Shown here: positions 1 through 12,703 of the stretch, piece by piece
Position numbering within the stretch: position 1 is the first letter of the stretch
How the letters are laid out: every line of letters starts with the position of its first letter
NCBI RefSeq assembly: GCF_000181795.1
Contig: NW_003526943.1
Span: forward strand, 9,036,849 to 9,100,848
Source of the DNA: Trichinella spiralis
Taxonomy: Eukaryota
DNA length: 64,000 bases
Reading direction: 5' to 3'
Made by a program: the position numbers and the translations under genes
The notes under the pieces: model-generated
What the model was told of the DNA's origin: nothing
Database searches by the model: none
The model's input: only the letters and a program-made list of their open reading frames with translations

Positions 1-1
1 G

Positions 2-3000
2 CGATTTATTCCATCTGATACGGACAGCGTTTTAGTGGTCGTTTCACAGGCAATTAATTTCAAATTTTCTATTTAAATTTTATGTTAATTTGTTTTCTTT
101 TTGTTTTTGGTATAGTTTGGTGAATTTCAAGTAGTGAATATTGGAAGCGTCAGTGATGATTATATTTACAAGATAGAAACACAAGGAACTCATTGTACTG
201 CAGTTGACGTATCCCCTTCTGGTCAAGTTATAGCGCTTGCCGATGAATCAGGTAGCATGTGAATTGTTTTTAAAGCAATATACAACTTGTTCTTACGGTA
301 AAAGTAAAAATGTTACTGGCAATGGTAAAATTTCAAATTCTTTGAATGAATTTGGATAAGAGGAGAATGAGTTGGTAGTTTTTGTACTAAAATTTTAATT
401 ATAGCCTCGGTTAAAAAAAGATACTATTCACTACTATAATGTCTGCATTACACAATTACAAATAAGTCGGAATAATAAGTAAAAAATTAATCATGTATTT
501 ATCGTATCAAAGTATATTTGAAATGAATACATGTTTAATAATTTCATTTACAACTTTAAACAGAAAGCTATCGAAGTGTTATGTACAAGTGGTTTTGTTT
601 TGTTTTTTGATGTTGTGCATTTGTCGTTGTTGTAGGTTGCTTGCATGTTTTCGTGAATCATGCAGAACCTGTATTTGTAGAAAACGCTCGTCCATTATTA
701 ATGCCGGATCCAGTAAGTGATGATTATTTATTTTAATAGTTTCAATTGCTATTTAGTAGCATGTTTTACATTGTAATGGAAAAGTTGTCGAATTATATTA
801 AAATTTCGCTTTTGTTTTTTATTTCTTTTTCATAATGCACTTGTGCAACGTATTGGCAATTCTTTTCGAAGATATGCAATTAATTAATAAATTGGTATAT
901 TTTCTCAATGTTATTTTGTTGCAATATTGATTTGAAAAATTGGTTGTTTTCTTTTCCAAGTTGTATTAGGTATTATTTTTCATTACATTCGTTTGAATTT
1001 GTTACCAATAATACAGTATACTTGTTTGTTTTTCTTTTGTAGATGGATATTTCAATTCCAATAGGCTTTGATGACGTGGATACTCCGTTGTCGGCGGTTC
1101 CATTGCCAATGACTGGCGTTTCGTCACTTTCAGAATGGCCGGCTGAATTTTCGAAACGAACTTTCAGGCAAGTTGTTTTGTTGTTTTTTTTCAAATTAAT
1201 GATTCTCAGGTAAAAGGGTTTCGCTGTCTGTAGGGGATGTTGAAATTTCTTTGCATGAAAATAATTAAGTATGATGAAAAACGGAGAAGTAACAAGTGTG
1301 ATTATTGTAAAGGAAAAAAAATTTTTTTCCTATCAATCTAGCGAGCGATTGTAATTTATGATAGTAATTTGTTTATTGTACAAATCATCAAGTATCGAGT
1401 TGTTTTGTTGTTTGTCATGTTTTTTGTTGACTGTTTGTTGAACATCCGAGCAGTTTGTTGTTCTCTTCGACTTTGAACGCTGCGACGCGGTATGCGCTTG
1501 GCGTTGCACTGCTCAATGCCGTGTGGGTGGAGTTTTTGTGCAGTGAAAAGGAACCGCGATCTTGACGAGCCCTGCCCTTTCGAAACAGGCGCACGAGCTG
1601 GATTCGGAAATTTTTGCTCGACGCGCAGTAGATGATGAAATTGATCGCTTTTCCGATGCTGACCAGCACGTTACTGACTGTAGTGACCGTGTAGAACCAG
1701 AACGGGCGGTTGCGGGAACCGTTGATCGCGTCCCAGAGGTAGAGCACGGCCGAGGGCAGTTGGAACAGCAGAAACGCGGCAATGGTGATGGCCACTGTCA
1801 TCGCCACGCGCAGTTCCACCGCCTTGTGGTGTTGGTTGGTGCCCATCTGGGCTGCCTCTTTGCGGCTTTTGTTGAGCGAGTACAAGAGCAGCGAGTTGAA
1901 AACGATGAGCACGAACAGCGGGATGGTGATCGACAAATTTGGCACCAGCTTAAGCGAAAGCTTGACGTAATTTTCCAAAAACGGGTGCTCGGTGCGGTTG
2001 ATTTCCTGAATTGTCCACCACGTTCTGCTCGTGTTGCACCTTCGTATGGTCACTTCTATGGGTTTGTGCCAGACGAACGTGTAACTGAACAGGGGAAGCG
2101 ACAGCGCGTAGATCAGTGCAATAAGCGTGATGATTTTCTTCTTCTTCAGAAGCAATTTCGCGTGCAACGGCTTTCTTATAGCTAGCAAGCGTTCACACGT
2201 GACGGCAATGGCCAGCCTGAAAATTATGTGTATTTTTGAAAAATGATAAAACATTTCATTCATGTAGAGCACTTTTCGATAGATGACTCTAAGTGCAATT
2301 TAAACATATCATTGTTCAGTTTTGAATATATGCAAATTTAATATACGGTTTACAAGATATTATATTAATCAAAAAAAGAAAGAAGAACTTGGATGCTAAT
2401 GAATTTTGTGTTTTTTCTTTTTTGAAGATTATACATTTGTCTGCAAAACAACTTCAATAACAATGATCACGTTGACGTTTCACTTATCTGTATTGTTCTA
2501 TTCACATTTGCTGCCTCTTTTTTAATGAACTAACTCTTCTTCTTTCTCTCGACACAGCCCTCCCCCTTGGAGATTTGTGTTGGAACACTCGTAATTTATA
2601 AATTTATCATCGAATACTGAGCAATTCGATTTTTTATTTATATTTTTGAGCAAACATTAATTTTGTTTTTCTTTTTTCCATACTATCTATGTACGTATAC
2701 TTTGTGAACATTCAGAATGAATTGATCATTTGCAATGAGCGTGATTGTTTCACATCATTTTATTAATGCACAAACACGGATATAATATCACTTGCTCTTT
2801 TGACAATTTGTGGCATGTGACAAATGCTGATTTCAATCTCATCATCATCTCTCATCAACCTCTCTCTCTCTTTCTTTTAAACCGCTGAAAGAATACTCCA
2901 TTTAAAAATAGTGTTTTTTTTGCTTTGCTTATAATATAACATGTTACATTTGGAAAAATGGCTAGTGAGACAGTTGGTTAGCTTGTTTGGGACGGTAATT

Positions 3001-6000
3001 TGATTTGCACAAATTATGCAATCGAAACTTGATTGAAATTATTCCAATTTTTGAAAAAAAAATCTTTCCATTCTCTCTCTCTTTCTCGACATCAATCAGT
3101 TAAGGGGAAATTTTGGATCCAGTAAAATTGCGTGTGGAATGTTCGGTTCGATTGGATGTGAATTTTGCAAAAATACTTGAGCCAATAAGCTTCAAGGATT
3201 AGGAGGGTAAATCTTTTCACTCTGACAACTGGTGAAATTAATAATTGTAAATGAATTTTTCTTTTTAATTTTTAAATTGAACTTTTCAATTTATTGTATC
3301 GATGTTCGTTGAAGGTGGTTTATGCAGTAGACAGATAGATAGATGGATAGATTGTGAAAGATGTTGTTGATGTATGTGAATGCAAAATTGTTCTCTTAAT
3401 TGAGCAATATTTTTTACCTCGTACCACAGTTGGCTATTTTGAATGTATACAATGTGACGTGTGAACAATACTTGCGTGGCTAATAAGCGGCAGATGAAAG
3501 TTCAGATAATACGTATTTCTGGACAATTGCTTCAGCACGAAACCTCAATTCTATTGTGTTCACAGGCTACTTAATTACCGATTAATGCAATTAACGAGTT
3601 GGACATAAATATTTACTAGCACTCAATGGCATCTTTTGAGAATTTGCAATTTTTCAATCCATTCTTGAGAATTTATTCGCAAGAAGTCATCATAATAGCG
3701 TGTTGATTGAAATTCGATGCATTGTTTTTCAGAATTTGTTTTTTGTTCAAAAATTAAATCAATAAAAAAATCCTTTTAATAATAATAATAATTATTATTA
3801 TTATTTGATTTAAATTGTACGCTCTGCTCTGGTGAATGAATTGAAAGGGGCAGAAAATAAGACAGAAAAAGGAAAATCTTACCATGTGGAAGATGTTGAA
3901 AACCAATTGGCCAGCGCAGTGAGTGACATCTTGGAGTGCATGTAGAGTTTGTTGAAGCCGGGCGAGGCGGCTATTGTCGGGAATGAGGCCAGCGAATAGA
4001 TTATCATGACCAAGAAGAATCCCAAATCGGCCACCGCCATTGAGGAGAGAAAGTAGTTGGTTTTTGAGCGCATCGTTTTGCTGTTCAAAACCAGCAAATT
4101 GAGAACATTGCCAATCACGCCCACAGTGAATACGGTCGGCGTGATGTACTGCTGAGCGAACGGCATATGTTGGGCGGTGGTATTTTTGGCGGCACATTGA
4201 ATTTCCTCCTCTGACATTACACTTGGCAATTTGATTTCGTTAGCAGTTCAACTTAAAAAAGAACAAAAAACACAACAAAATCAAAATTATGTGTATGCAT
4301 ATTAAAATTAATTCTGAGAAAATGTTCTTTGTTGTTGTTGTTGCTTAACATTGAATAAAAATGGTGAATGAGCAATTTATATCATCTCGCTTACCTGTTG
4401 AATATACAATTATTGTTAGTTTGCGTGGGATCAATGTTCTCCGGCTTTTAACAATTGTATCAAAGCTGCATAATAATAATAAGAAGAAGCGTTATATTTT
4501 ATTCATGTTTATTTATTTATTTGAAAAGATGCAGAAGAGGGGAAGAGATAATTTGCCTACCATTCAATTGAAATGAAAGGAATGTTATTTGCATGAAAAG
4601 AACAACAACAGAAATTGTTAAATTTGTCATTCATTCTATCTCACTCACTCACACACACTCTATATATACAAGATAAGATATGATTGTAATAATTGATAAT
4701 AAGATTATTGTTATAATAATGAACAAAAAATGTTGTCTGTTGCAGAAGGCAGTTGCCGATACCGCAAGAAGTGTTGAAAGCGATGAAGACGACAGAATTT
4801 GTCGGATATGCACCGAACGTGCTCGGCATGCGTCGTAATCAAGTTTCGTATCATTTGAAACCATCGTCAACTGAACACGGTGGCAGTGATTTGACGAATG
4901 AAAATTCTTTTTCCCGTAATTTGCATGTTTCACTCACTTTCAGTTGTTGTTGTTGTTGCTCGTTATATTTTATTTTTTTTGTATTTTGCTTTCATTTGAG
5001 GCGATGAGAATGTTCAAAAAATTCCTGAACATTATCGAAAATGTCGCAAAGAATACAAAAATTATCATCACATCCCAGCAATGGCCAACGTCCGATCGCC
5101 AGATTTGGGCAACATGATGATGGGCTTGGAAGCGCCCTTGCGAAACAGCTATGTCAATTCGATGCTTTTGGTTGATTTATTATAATTATAATTCTAATTA
5201 TTATTATCATCGTTTAATTGTAAACTGTGATCAATTTTTATTTTCAGGCACTGTATTGGGTCGTACCGTTGCGAAACACGCTTCTGTCTCATCTGTGCAG
5301 TCGACAATTTTGCCTCAGTTGTGAATTGTCGTTTCTATTTTCCATGCTCAATCGCAACCCTGTCGACTTTTCATGCAATGTAATTATGAATTTTAGAAAA
5401 AAATTTTTTTTTCTTTAATACATTTAATGTAAACTATTTTATTTATTTAATTGATCACCGTTCAGTATTTCAATTTATGACGAAGGTTTAAAATATATGA
5501 ATTATATATATAATTCATTTGCACCATCAAAAAAGCAAACGGATGAATTTTTTTCAATCGTCAGGAAATGGCATTTGGTTTCGAATTATTATTTCGAAGC
5601 TTACTAATAATACTATTAATATTATAATATTAATAATTAAGTTCCAACTTTTTCAAGTGATCCTTTTGTTTGTCCGTTTGTTTAATCGTTTAAGTTTTAA
5701 AATCGCAGTTAGCTTCAAAGATTTATGCAGACTAGATTGATTTATTGATTGATCGATGAATTCAGCATTATCACAACAGGAAACAGTTGATAACGCTTGT
5801 AGATTCTAACTACATACTATTATACCACTATCACTACCACCACTTGTTTCTGTTGTGTGTATATGTGTTTGTAGAGGGGACATGTTGCATAAATTACATC
5901 AGTTTTTTATATTAGTTTTTTTCTTCATTTTTCTAATTTTTAGGCAATGAATTAAATGTCAGTAAAAATTGAATGGGACTGTAAGTTGGTTCAGTCTATT

Positions 6001-7967
6001 ATTCATCTTCTGTTTCAATTGATGAAATGGTAGTGTTTATTCAAGCAGTATTTTTTTCCGGCGAAACAATAAAGCTGGAATGCATTGAGTTAAATTTCAA
6101 AACTGAGCAAGATATTTACCAGGAAGTCACTTTTTTCATTCAGACAACGTGAATGTGAAGAATATTGAAATTATTCATCTACATTGATAGGTGACAGGCT
6201 TTTGCGATGTATCAAATGTACATTCAATTAGGAAATCAGCATTTATATTGTAGCGATGGGAAAAATGTTCATGTGGATTGGTTGTTTTTGAATTTGATTT
6301 GAAATTTAATTACAGATTATTTTTACTATTATGCTTGGGAGTGCAGGTTATACAAGACGTTAAGATGAGAATAAAAGATTTCAAAGAAAAAGAAAATTGA
6401 TAAATAGGAAGGGTTTTCAAAAGGACGATAATAATAATAATGATCATATATGTATATATTTGCTATATTAACGTTCGCTTGACTGTGTGTATTTTGTTTT
6501 TGGGTTGAATATTTGAGTCAAAGCTGGCTAGTTGTGTTGTTGGGTAGCGGATAAATTGATTCTCTGAAGAATAAGAAGAAGCAGAGTTTGTGGTGTTCAG
6601 AAATTAGCTGCTGGCTGAACTCCGTGGCTGTATAAAAACACGATTAGCCAAACTAATGAGAATATTGATGACAAACAGTAGAAATGGATCTTTGGTTGAG
6701 TGGAAGAATTTAAATATTTTTAATTTCAAACGAAAATAGAAAGTGAACTCAAATGAACATTATTCCAAAATAAGAACTAATTTTGCGAATGTTAAATTTA
6801 GCCTTTTTTTATTATTGAATATAATTTTTGTTTCTTTCTTTATTATTATTTTGAAAAATTGTTTTTTATTTAAATATTTTAATACTTAATTCTAAGTGAA
6901 AATGGTAGATATTTGGTTATAGTAGGTAGTAGAAATATATATATATATTTGGACGATTTTACGCGATGCTAACAATAATAATTTCGTTTCATCAATAAGC
7001 GAAATCAATTTGTGGAAAAGTTTTGCTTGATTGTTTGATTTGTTTGTATGAGTTAATTGATCATAAAATTTTCATAAATTCGCCATCATTTATTCTTTTG
7101 GATAAGTGCAAAGAATAGTGAACGTTTATAGAAATTTGTGTGGAAGGGTGAAATTGGATTGATTTGATGCATGGATAAAGAAATAAGTGGAAATTTCAAC
7201 GTGAATTGTATTATAAGTTATTTTTTTTGAAGTATTCTCAAAATGATGTTCAGTATGAGAGGAAAATGGAATTGTATTATTTTCTCATCTCTTGACAAGT
7301 GCATGCAATTGCAACAGCAAAAATTGCGTTAAAAATATAAAGCCAAAATGAGGGATGCTTTTGTGAAATAAATTTTCTCTATCTATGCAGAAGCGGGCTT
7401 TTCTATTCTCTTTTCTTCCCACCTTTTCTTTTCCCCTTTAATGCTGCTGGTATGTCTTAATAAATGAATGTCCGTTCAAAGCCATGGAAAAAGCAATTAA
7501 GCTTTCAGTGGAGCGTAAGGTAGAGAATTGTGCCTCTCATTTGATCTATGTTTGATTGACATTCTTTGAATTTTTGTAAAAAATGTTTGCTTAATCACTT
7601 ACGTGTCAAGATTTTGCTTTAATGGGTGAATATTGATTTCGATTCCATATCCAGACGTTGGAGTTGGCCGGAGAAAGGTTTTTCCTAGCCCACTGCACCG
7701 GCACCTCAAGGGAGCGGGGTATACGGTTAAGCTATTTTCAACGACCGCTCTTTTCAATTGAATAATTCTCTCTTGACAATTTAACATTTTACTTCAGCTA
7801 CGTTGCGCTAGGCGACGACACCGTTGTAGCGGACAGCTTTTGTTGATGAAATTTGTAATTTGTAGAGTGGGATAAGAATGAAAAAACACACGCACATACA
7901 CACACGCATGCACGCAACTTTGTTAATGATATTTCTTGATTTAGCTTATCAGAATTCAACTGTTTAC

Positions 7968-8013
<46 letters not shown>

Positions 8014-11000
8014 GTGAAAGCATAAACAATAACCATAATTATGATTTGTAAAAATAGAAATGCTTTTTTTTTTGAATTAAATTATGGGTTGTTTTCATTG
8101 TAATTTGAAATTTTGAGATGATTCGTGAAAAAGAATATGTAACTTTTTTTGACATCATCATTTATTTTATCGTAAAACATATTTATAAGTAGGCAGGTAG
8201 GCGGATAGAACTGTGTTTTATTTTTGTTAATTTTTGTATTCCTTCATGTTTTTGCGAGGATAGTTGTTCAACTTGAAATTGATATTGTTAAAATTGCCCA
8301 GTACTCACTTCGATTATGTGAATTTGGAATTTATTGATTTTATAAAATTATTTCAATTTCAATTAAGTTAAAAAATTACTTTTATTTTTGGCTATTGTTG
8401 TTTTTTTTGAAATTAATCTTCAGAGGATAGAAGAGAACTGTTTCAAAATCACAGTAGTATAATTGAAGCAGCTATTCAAGTATAAACGATGACGTCAACT
8501 GTTGTATGTATATTGGGATAGATGATAGATTTCTGAATCTGCTTCATGCAATAATAATGTTAGTTGTTCTTTTCAAACAAATGATAATTTGAAATTTGAT
8601 TTAGTTTGTTGTTCATGCATACTGGTGAATGTGAAAATGTGCATTTTTATACGCTTGGCTTTTAAATTAAAATTTTGAAAATATTTTCCTTATTTCTTCA
8701 ACTAATTTCATCAGCGAGTAATCAATCCCAATAAATAAATAATGAAATAATGCTAGATATTGTTTTGTCATTTAGTATATATACTTCTTTTACTTTCTAT
8801 TTTTGAAATATAAATCAAAATGAAAAAGTACTTACAACAACTTTGCTTTTCACAAATGCTTGTTGCATAGTTTCGGTTCCGCAACGGGCTTTGAAATCCA
8901 TTTCATAATGTGAAGATGTTGGGATGATGTTAGTTTTTCTTCTTCTTGTTTTGAAAGCTTTTTGCAGGATAAGAGGAAGAGGAGGAGGAGGAGGAATTGG
9001 AGGTGGAGGTGGAAATGGAGGTGGAGGAGGAGGAGGAGGAGGTTTTATCAGAAATATTGGTTATGGTGAAAGTGATCCCTTCTGCTTGCTTGCTTTAGCT
9101 TTGCTCTCGTTGGTGCAGTTCAGACTGCTTGTAATGGAGGTTGTGAGAAGGGACGTTTGAAGTGTGTATGTGTGTGTGTGAGTGTATTATTTTTTCTTTT
9201 TTCTTTTTTTTGTAAATTGACCCAAGTTGTTCCGCCTGAGTGGTTTCCGGACGTGGGTCTCTTGCGTTGTCCCTTCACAAATGGATTTTAATGGAAGCAC
9301 CACTTGCATATGCACATCAGCGTTGAAAGTGGACTTTTCATTGGTTCGGTGAATCGATACAAATTGGTTAATTGAATGATTACGCTTTCGGGTTCGATTC
9401 AATCGAACACTCGAAGCATGTCGATTTGTTAAGGATACTTTTTCCATGATTCTTTTTCTGTTTCATTTTTGCTTTTTTTTGAATATTTTGCCACTGAAAA
9501 GGTACTTCATTTTGAAACGATAGTTGGTTCTTTTTTTGAAAGAAAAAAAAAGATCACTATTTGTCAATCGATCGGCCCCACTTTGTTTGGATTTATTTCA
9601 CAATTTCAATTTATATATTCTTTGTTTAGCATATTAATTTGTTTTTTCTTGCAAATTCGGATGCAAATGTGCATTGGTTATAAGTTTTTTTTATCATCTT
9701 CTATTTTTAGTCGAACAATTTTATTCGTTCATTTCGCACACTTCCTGAAGCTTTTGCTCTTGGACTGGTGTTGAACGACAAAGTTGACATGCCAAAAGAG
9801 AACGACGACTACAAGAGTCTAATACAAAATTTCTGCAGATTTATCTTGCGACATATCAATTCCGTATGTTAATTAATAAATAATAATAATAGTAATAATA
9901 ATCAATATGCAGCTCTGGATTGCTTTGCTTACGTCACGCACCATTGTTTAGGAGTTGAAAGATGAACGCCTATTGGTCAAACCGAAGCCGAAAATTCAAC
10001 CGGATCACCTTGCAATTCAGGTGAAAGTGGCAACTCCAAATTCTGAATTATCTGCTTCAGTTGAAGCAATCGAACCAACAACACCGAGAGCAGAGATTGA
10101 TTCGACGCGACAGCATTTCATTGCCAAGTGAGTTTTGCATATAATGTTGCTGATTTTGAATTTTGATAATATTTAAAAATTTATACAATTGAAGAAAAGA
10201 AAAACCGAAATTAACCAATTCAGTAAATACAATATGTAAAAAACGTTTGTATATACTATGTTTACTTTTTTTTATTTATACATTTATTGAATTGAATATT
10301 TTAATTCTAAAACCTGCTGTATATATATATATATTTTTTTTAATAGAGATGAATGTCAGCATGAAAGCAGTGCATTGGCAACATCTTCATCCGATATCAC
10401 AGGTACGACTGGTGGTATTGACTTTTTGTTCACAATGTCCTTGGAAAACATTACACGATGCCGTTGTGGCGTGGAAAGTGCCCATCATCCGGGATCATCT
10501 TTTGTTTGCACTCTTTCTTATCCATCACACGGTACGTCCGGACAGTATGCGAAAGGGGAGATTTTTTTTAAATCATTTCTTTTTTTTCTATTTAGTATTG
10601 GAAAGCACCGAAGCGGTGACTTTTGAGACAATATTGGAAAACAGTTTATGCTTGGAACAAAACACCCACGCATGGTGTCAGAAATGTCTGAAATTTGAAG
10701 TGGCCAAGCACTATAAACGTATCCAATCTCTGCCTGATGTGTTGTGCATAAATTGCAACATTGATTCAGATAAAGTGAAGCAATTTTGGATTGCTCAACA
10801 AACGGTAAACTGACGAACAGTCTGCTGCTTCAATGTACAAATTTATACAGCAGTTTTGTGTGTTTCATTTATTTTTTTTCAATTCAGTATCTGAATCCCG
10901 AAACGGTCGAAGTGGACGTGGCTGAGAAAGAATTTGCAGAATTTCTCTGCTCTAGCAAGTATGCATGTACTGCTTGCTGTTCTTTTCAAATATGTTGATT

Positions 11001-12703
11001 GATTGATTGATCAGTAGAGAAACCGACCCCGTAAATGTGGATTTCGTGCTAGATGAAGAGTCAATGGATGTTGAAAACACATGGCTTCCATTGCATATGA
11101 CCGTGAGACGACTTCAAGATGGCCGGGTTGTTGTTGCTCGAAAGCGAGTAGGATTTATAAAAAAAATTTTTTTCTCTTTTATGTATTTTTTTTGATATTC
11201 AATTTTTTACAATTTCTAGATTGCCAATTCAAGCTCACCGGAACCTGAAGCCAAAGATTACATCTTGAGCTCTGTAATAACTTGCATTGAAACAGACAAT
11301 TCTGGCCATTTGGTGACTTGTGTTAATTTGCCTTGCGATACTGACAGACAGTGGTTTTTGATCAACGAAACACATGTTAAACAAATTTCTCACAAAGATG
11401 CAATTAAATTTGACGTCAACTGGAAAACGCCTTGTGTTCTATTCTACAGTAGACTTGACTTGGAAAAGAGGCATCGTGTTGAAGGTTGTCAACTTGTGAT
11501 TTTTTTCTTCTTTACTTTTTTTATTGATTGATCGATAGTTTAATGATTATTATGCTTTGTTTATTTGTTTATTTGTTTTTGTTTAGTGCAAAATCCCATT
11601 GACGAACGTGTATTTTTTCAAGAAAATGTGGCAACACCTGTATCTAGTGGTTCTTCAATGAGCTGTTCTTCTCAGGTGAATCAAATTGAACCACCACGCT
11701 ATTTGCCGAAAAGAGGTGATTTAGTGGCCATGGACGCTGAATTTGTCACTTTGAACTTGGTCTGCTGAATAATTAATTTATTTATTTATTTATTACTCAG
11801 TGGTAATAATTGTCATTATTATTTCCAATTTCAGGAAGAAGCGGAGGTGAGAAGCGATGGTCGTAAATTGACACTGAAGCCGTCTTTGTTGTTGGCAGCC
11901 AGAGTGACTTGCATTTATGGGTAAGCAAGAACATAAATACATAAGTTCTTTGTGTTGATCGGTTTTTTCATTTCAGAAGTGGGCCACTGAAAGGTACTCC
12001 AATCTTTGACAACTACATCATCACTCGTGAACACGTATGTGCATTATTCATTCTACATACAATCTTTATATAGCTATTTTTTCTTGAAACTTTTAAAATT
12101 ATTTTAGATATCAGATTATCAAACAAAATTCAGCGGCATCAAACCAGGTGATTTGGATCCGACAACCAGTAACAAAAATACGCTTGTTGCAATGAAAACG
12201 GTTTATTTGAAATTACGCTATTTTGTGGATAACGGCATCAAGTTTGTCGGTCACGGCTTGCAAAATGATTTCAAAGTTATCAATATTTATGTAATGAAAA
12301 AAAAAATTTTTTTTTCTTTATTCATGTTTTCATCATCAACTTTGCTCAATTCAATTTTGTCATCTGTGCATTCAGGTTCCTCCTGAGCAAACTGTCGATA
12401 CTGTAGAATTGTTTCGACTACCAAGGCGAAGGTTGATTTCACTTCGATTTTTGGCTTGGTTTTTTTTGAGTATGCATTTTAGCTATTTGATGTGATGTTT
12501 ATTAAATTATGCAAATATTGTCACATTTAGATATAAGAATTCAGTCGAACACTCACGACTCTGCTGAAGATGCGCACAGTGCGTTGGTACTGTATGAAAG
12601 GTATAAAGAAATGACTGAAAACAAGCAGAATAATTTTCAGAATATTTTGAACAATCTCTACTTGCGTGGTCAGCAACTTCACTGGACCATTCCGAACAGT
12701 TGA
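2..12703 (+). CDS. PAN2: PAN2 (USP52) poly(A) nuclease catalytic subunit, 5'-truncated by the window edge; ~20 exons: 2-49, 116-251, 636-712, 1043-1167, 4746-4915, 5001-5170, 5248-5379, 9711-9863, 9952-~10127, ~10347-10531, ~10600-10804, ~10888-10958, ~11015-11147, ~11220-11484, ~11587-11759, ~11835-11920, ~11977-12034, ~12109-12290, ~12376-12469, ~12531-12703
   Basis: Spliced translation gives PAN2 motifs: WD40 end (VVVSQFGEFQ...[13 protein letters not shown]), linker ([12 protein letters not shown]...RNQVSY), pseudo-UCH domain ([35 protein letters not shown]) and DEDD exonuclease ([34 protein letters not shown]), with TGA at 12701-12703. Confidence 0.93.
1415..4217 (-). CDS. Class A (rhodopsin-like) GPCR, FMRFamide/neuropeptide-receptor-like, 378 aa; exons 4217-3883 and 2216-1415; nested antisense in a PAN2 intron
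   Basis: TM1 GVIGN, TM2 SMAVAD, TM3 [13 protein letters not shown]6 [10 protein letters not shown]7 [14 protein letters not shown]. Phase-2 intron TG|GTAAG...TTTCAG|G; exons total 1137 nt. An in-frame TGA lies just upstream of ATG 4217. Confidence 0.9.
7945..8012. repeat. Compound microsatellite (TACA)n followed by (TA)n
   Basis: acatacatacata...tatatatata seen directly. Confidence 0.85.
8972..9042. repeat. Imperfect (GGA/GGT)n trinucleotide tract
   Basis: gaggaggaggaggaggaattggaggtggaggtgg...ggaggaggagg. Confidence 0.85.

Noticed and set aside
1513..2185. ORFs 1562-2185 (+, 207 aa), 1513-1782 and 1782-1970
   Set aside because: Shadow frames of the GC3-rich GPCR exon; no recognisable motifs
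8924..9160. Gly-rich 78-aa ORF with a hydrophobic N-terminus (secreted-peptide-like)
   Set aside because: The poly-Gly arises from a GGA microsatellite inside a PAN2 intron; no supporting gene structure
9428..9438. Minus-strand GTATCCTTAAC resembling a U12 minor-intron 5' splice site
   Set aside because: Not at the edge of any supported exon, and no matching branch point or acceptor identified
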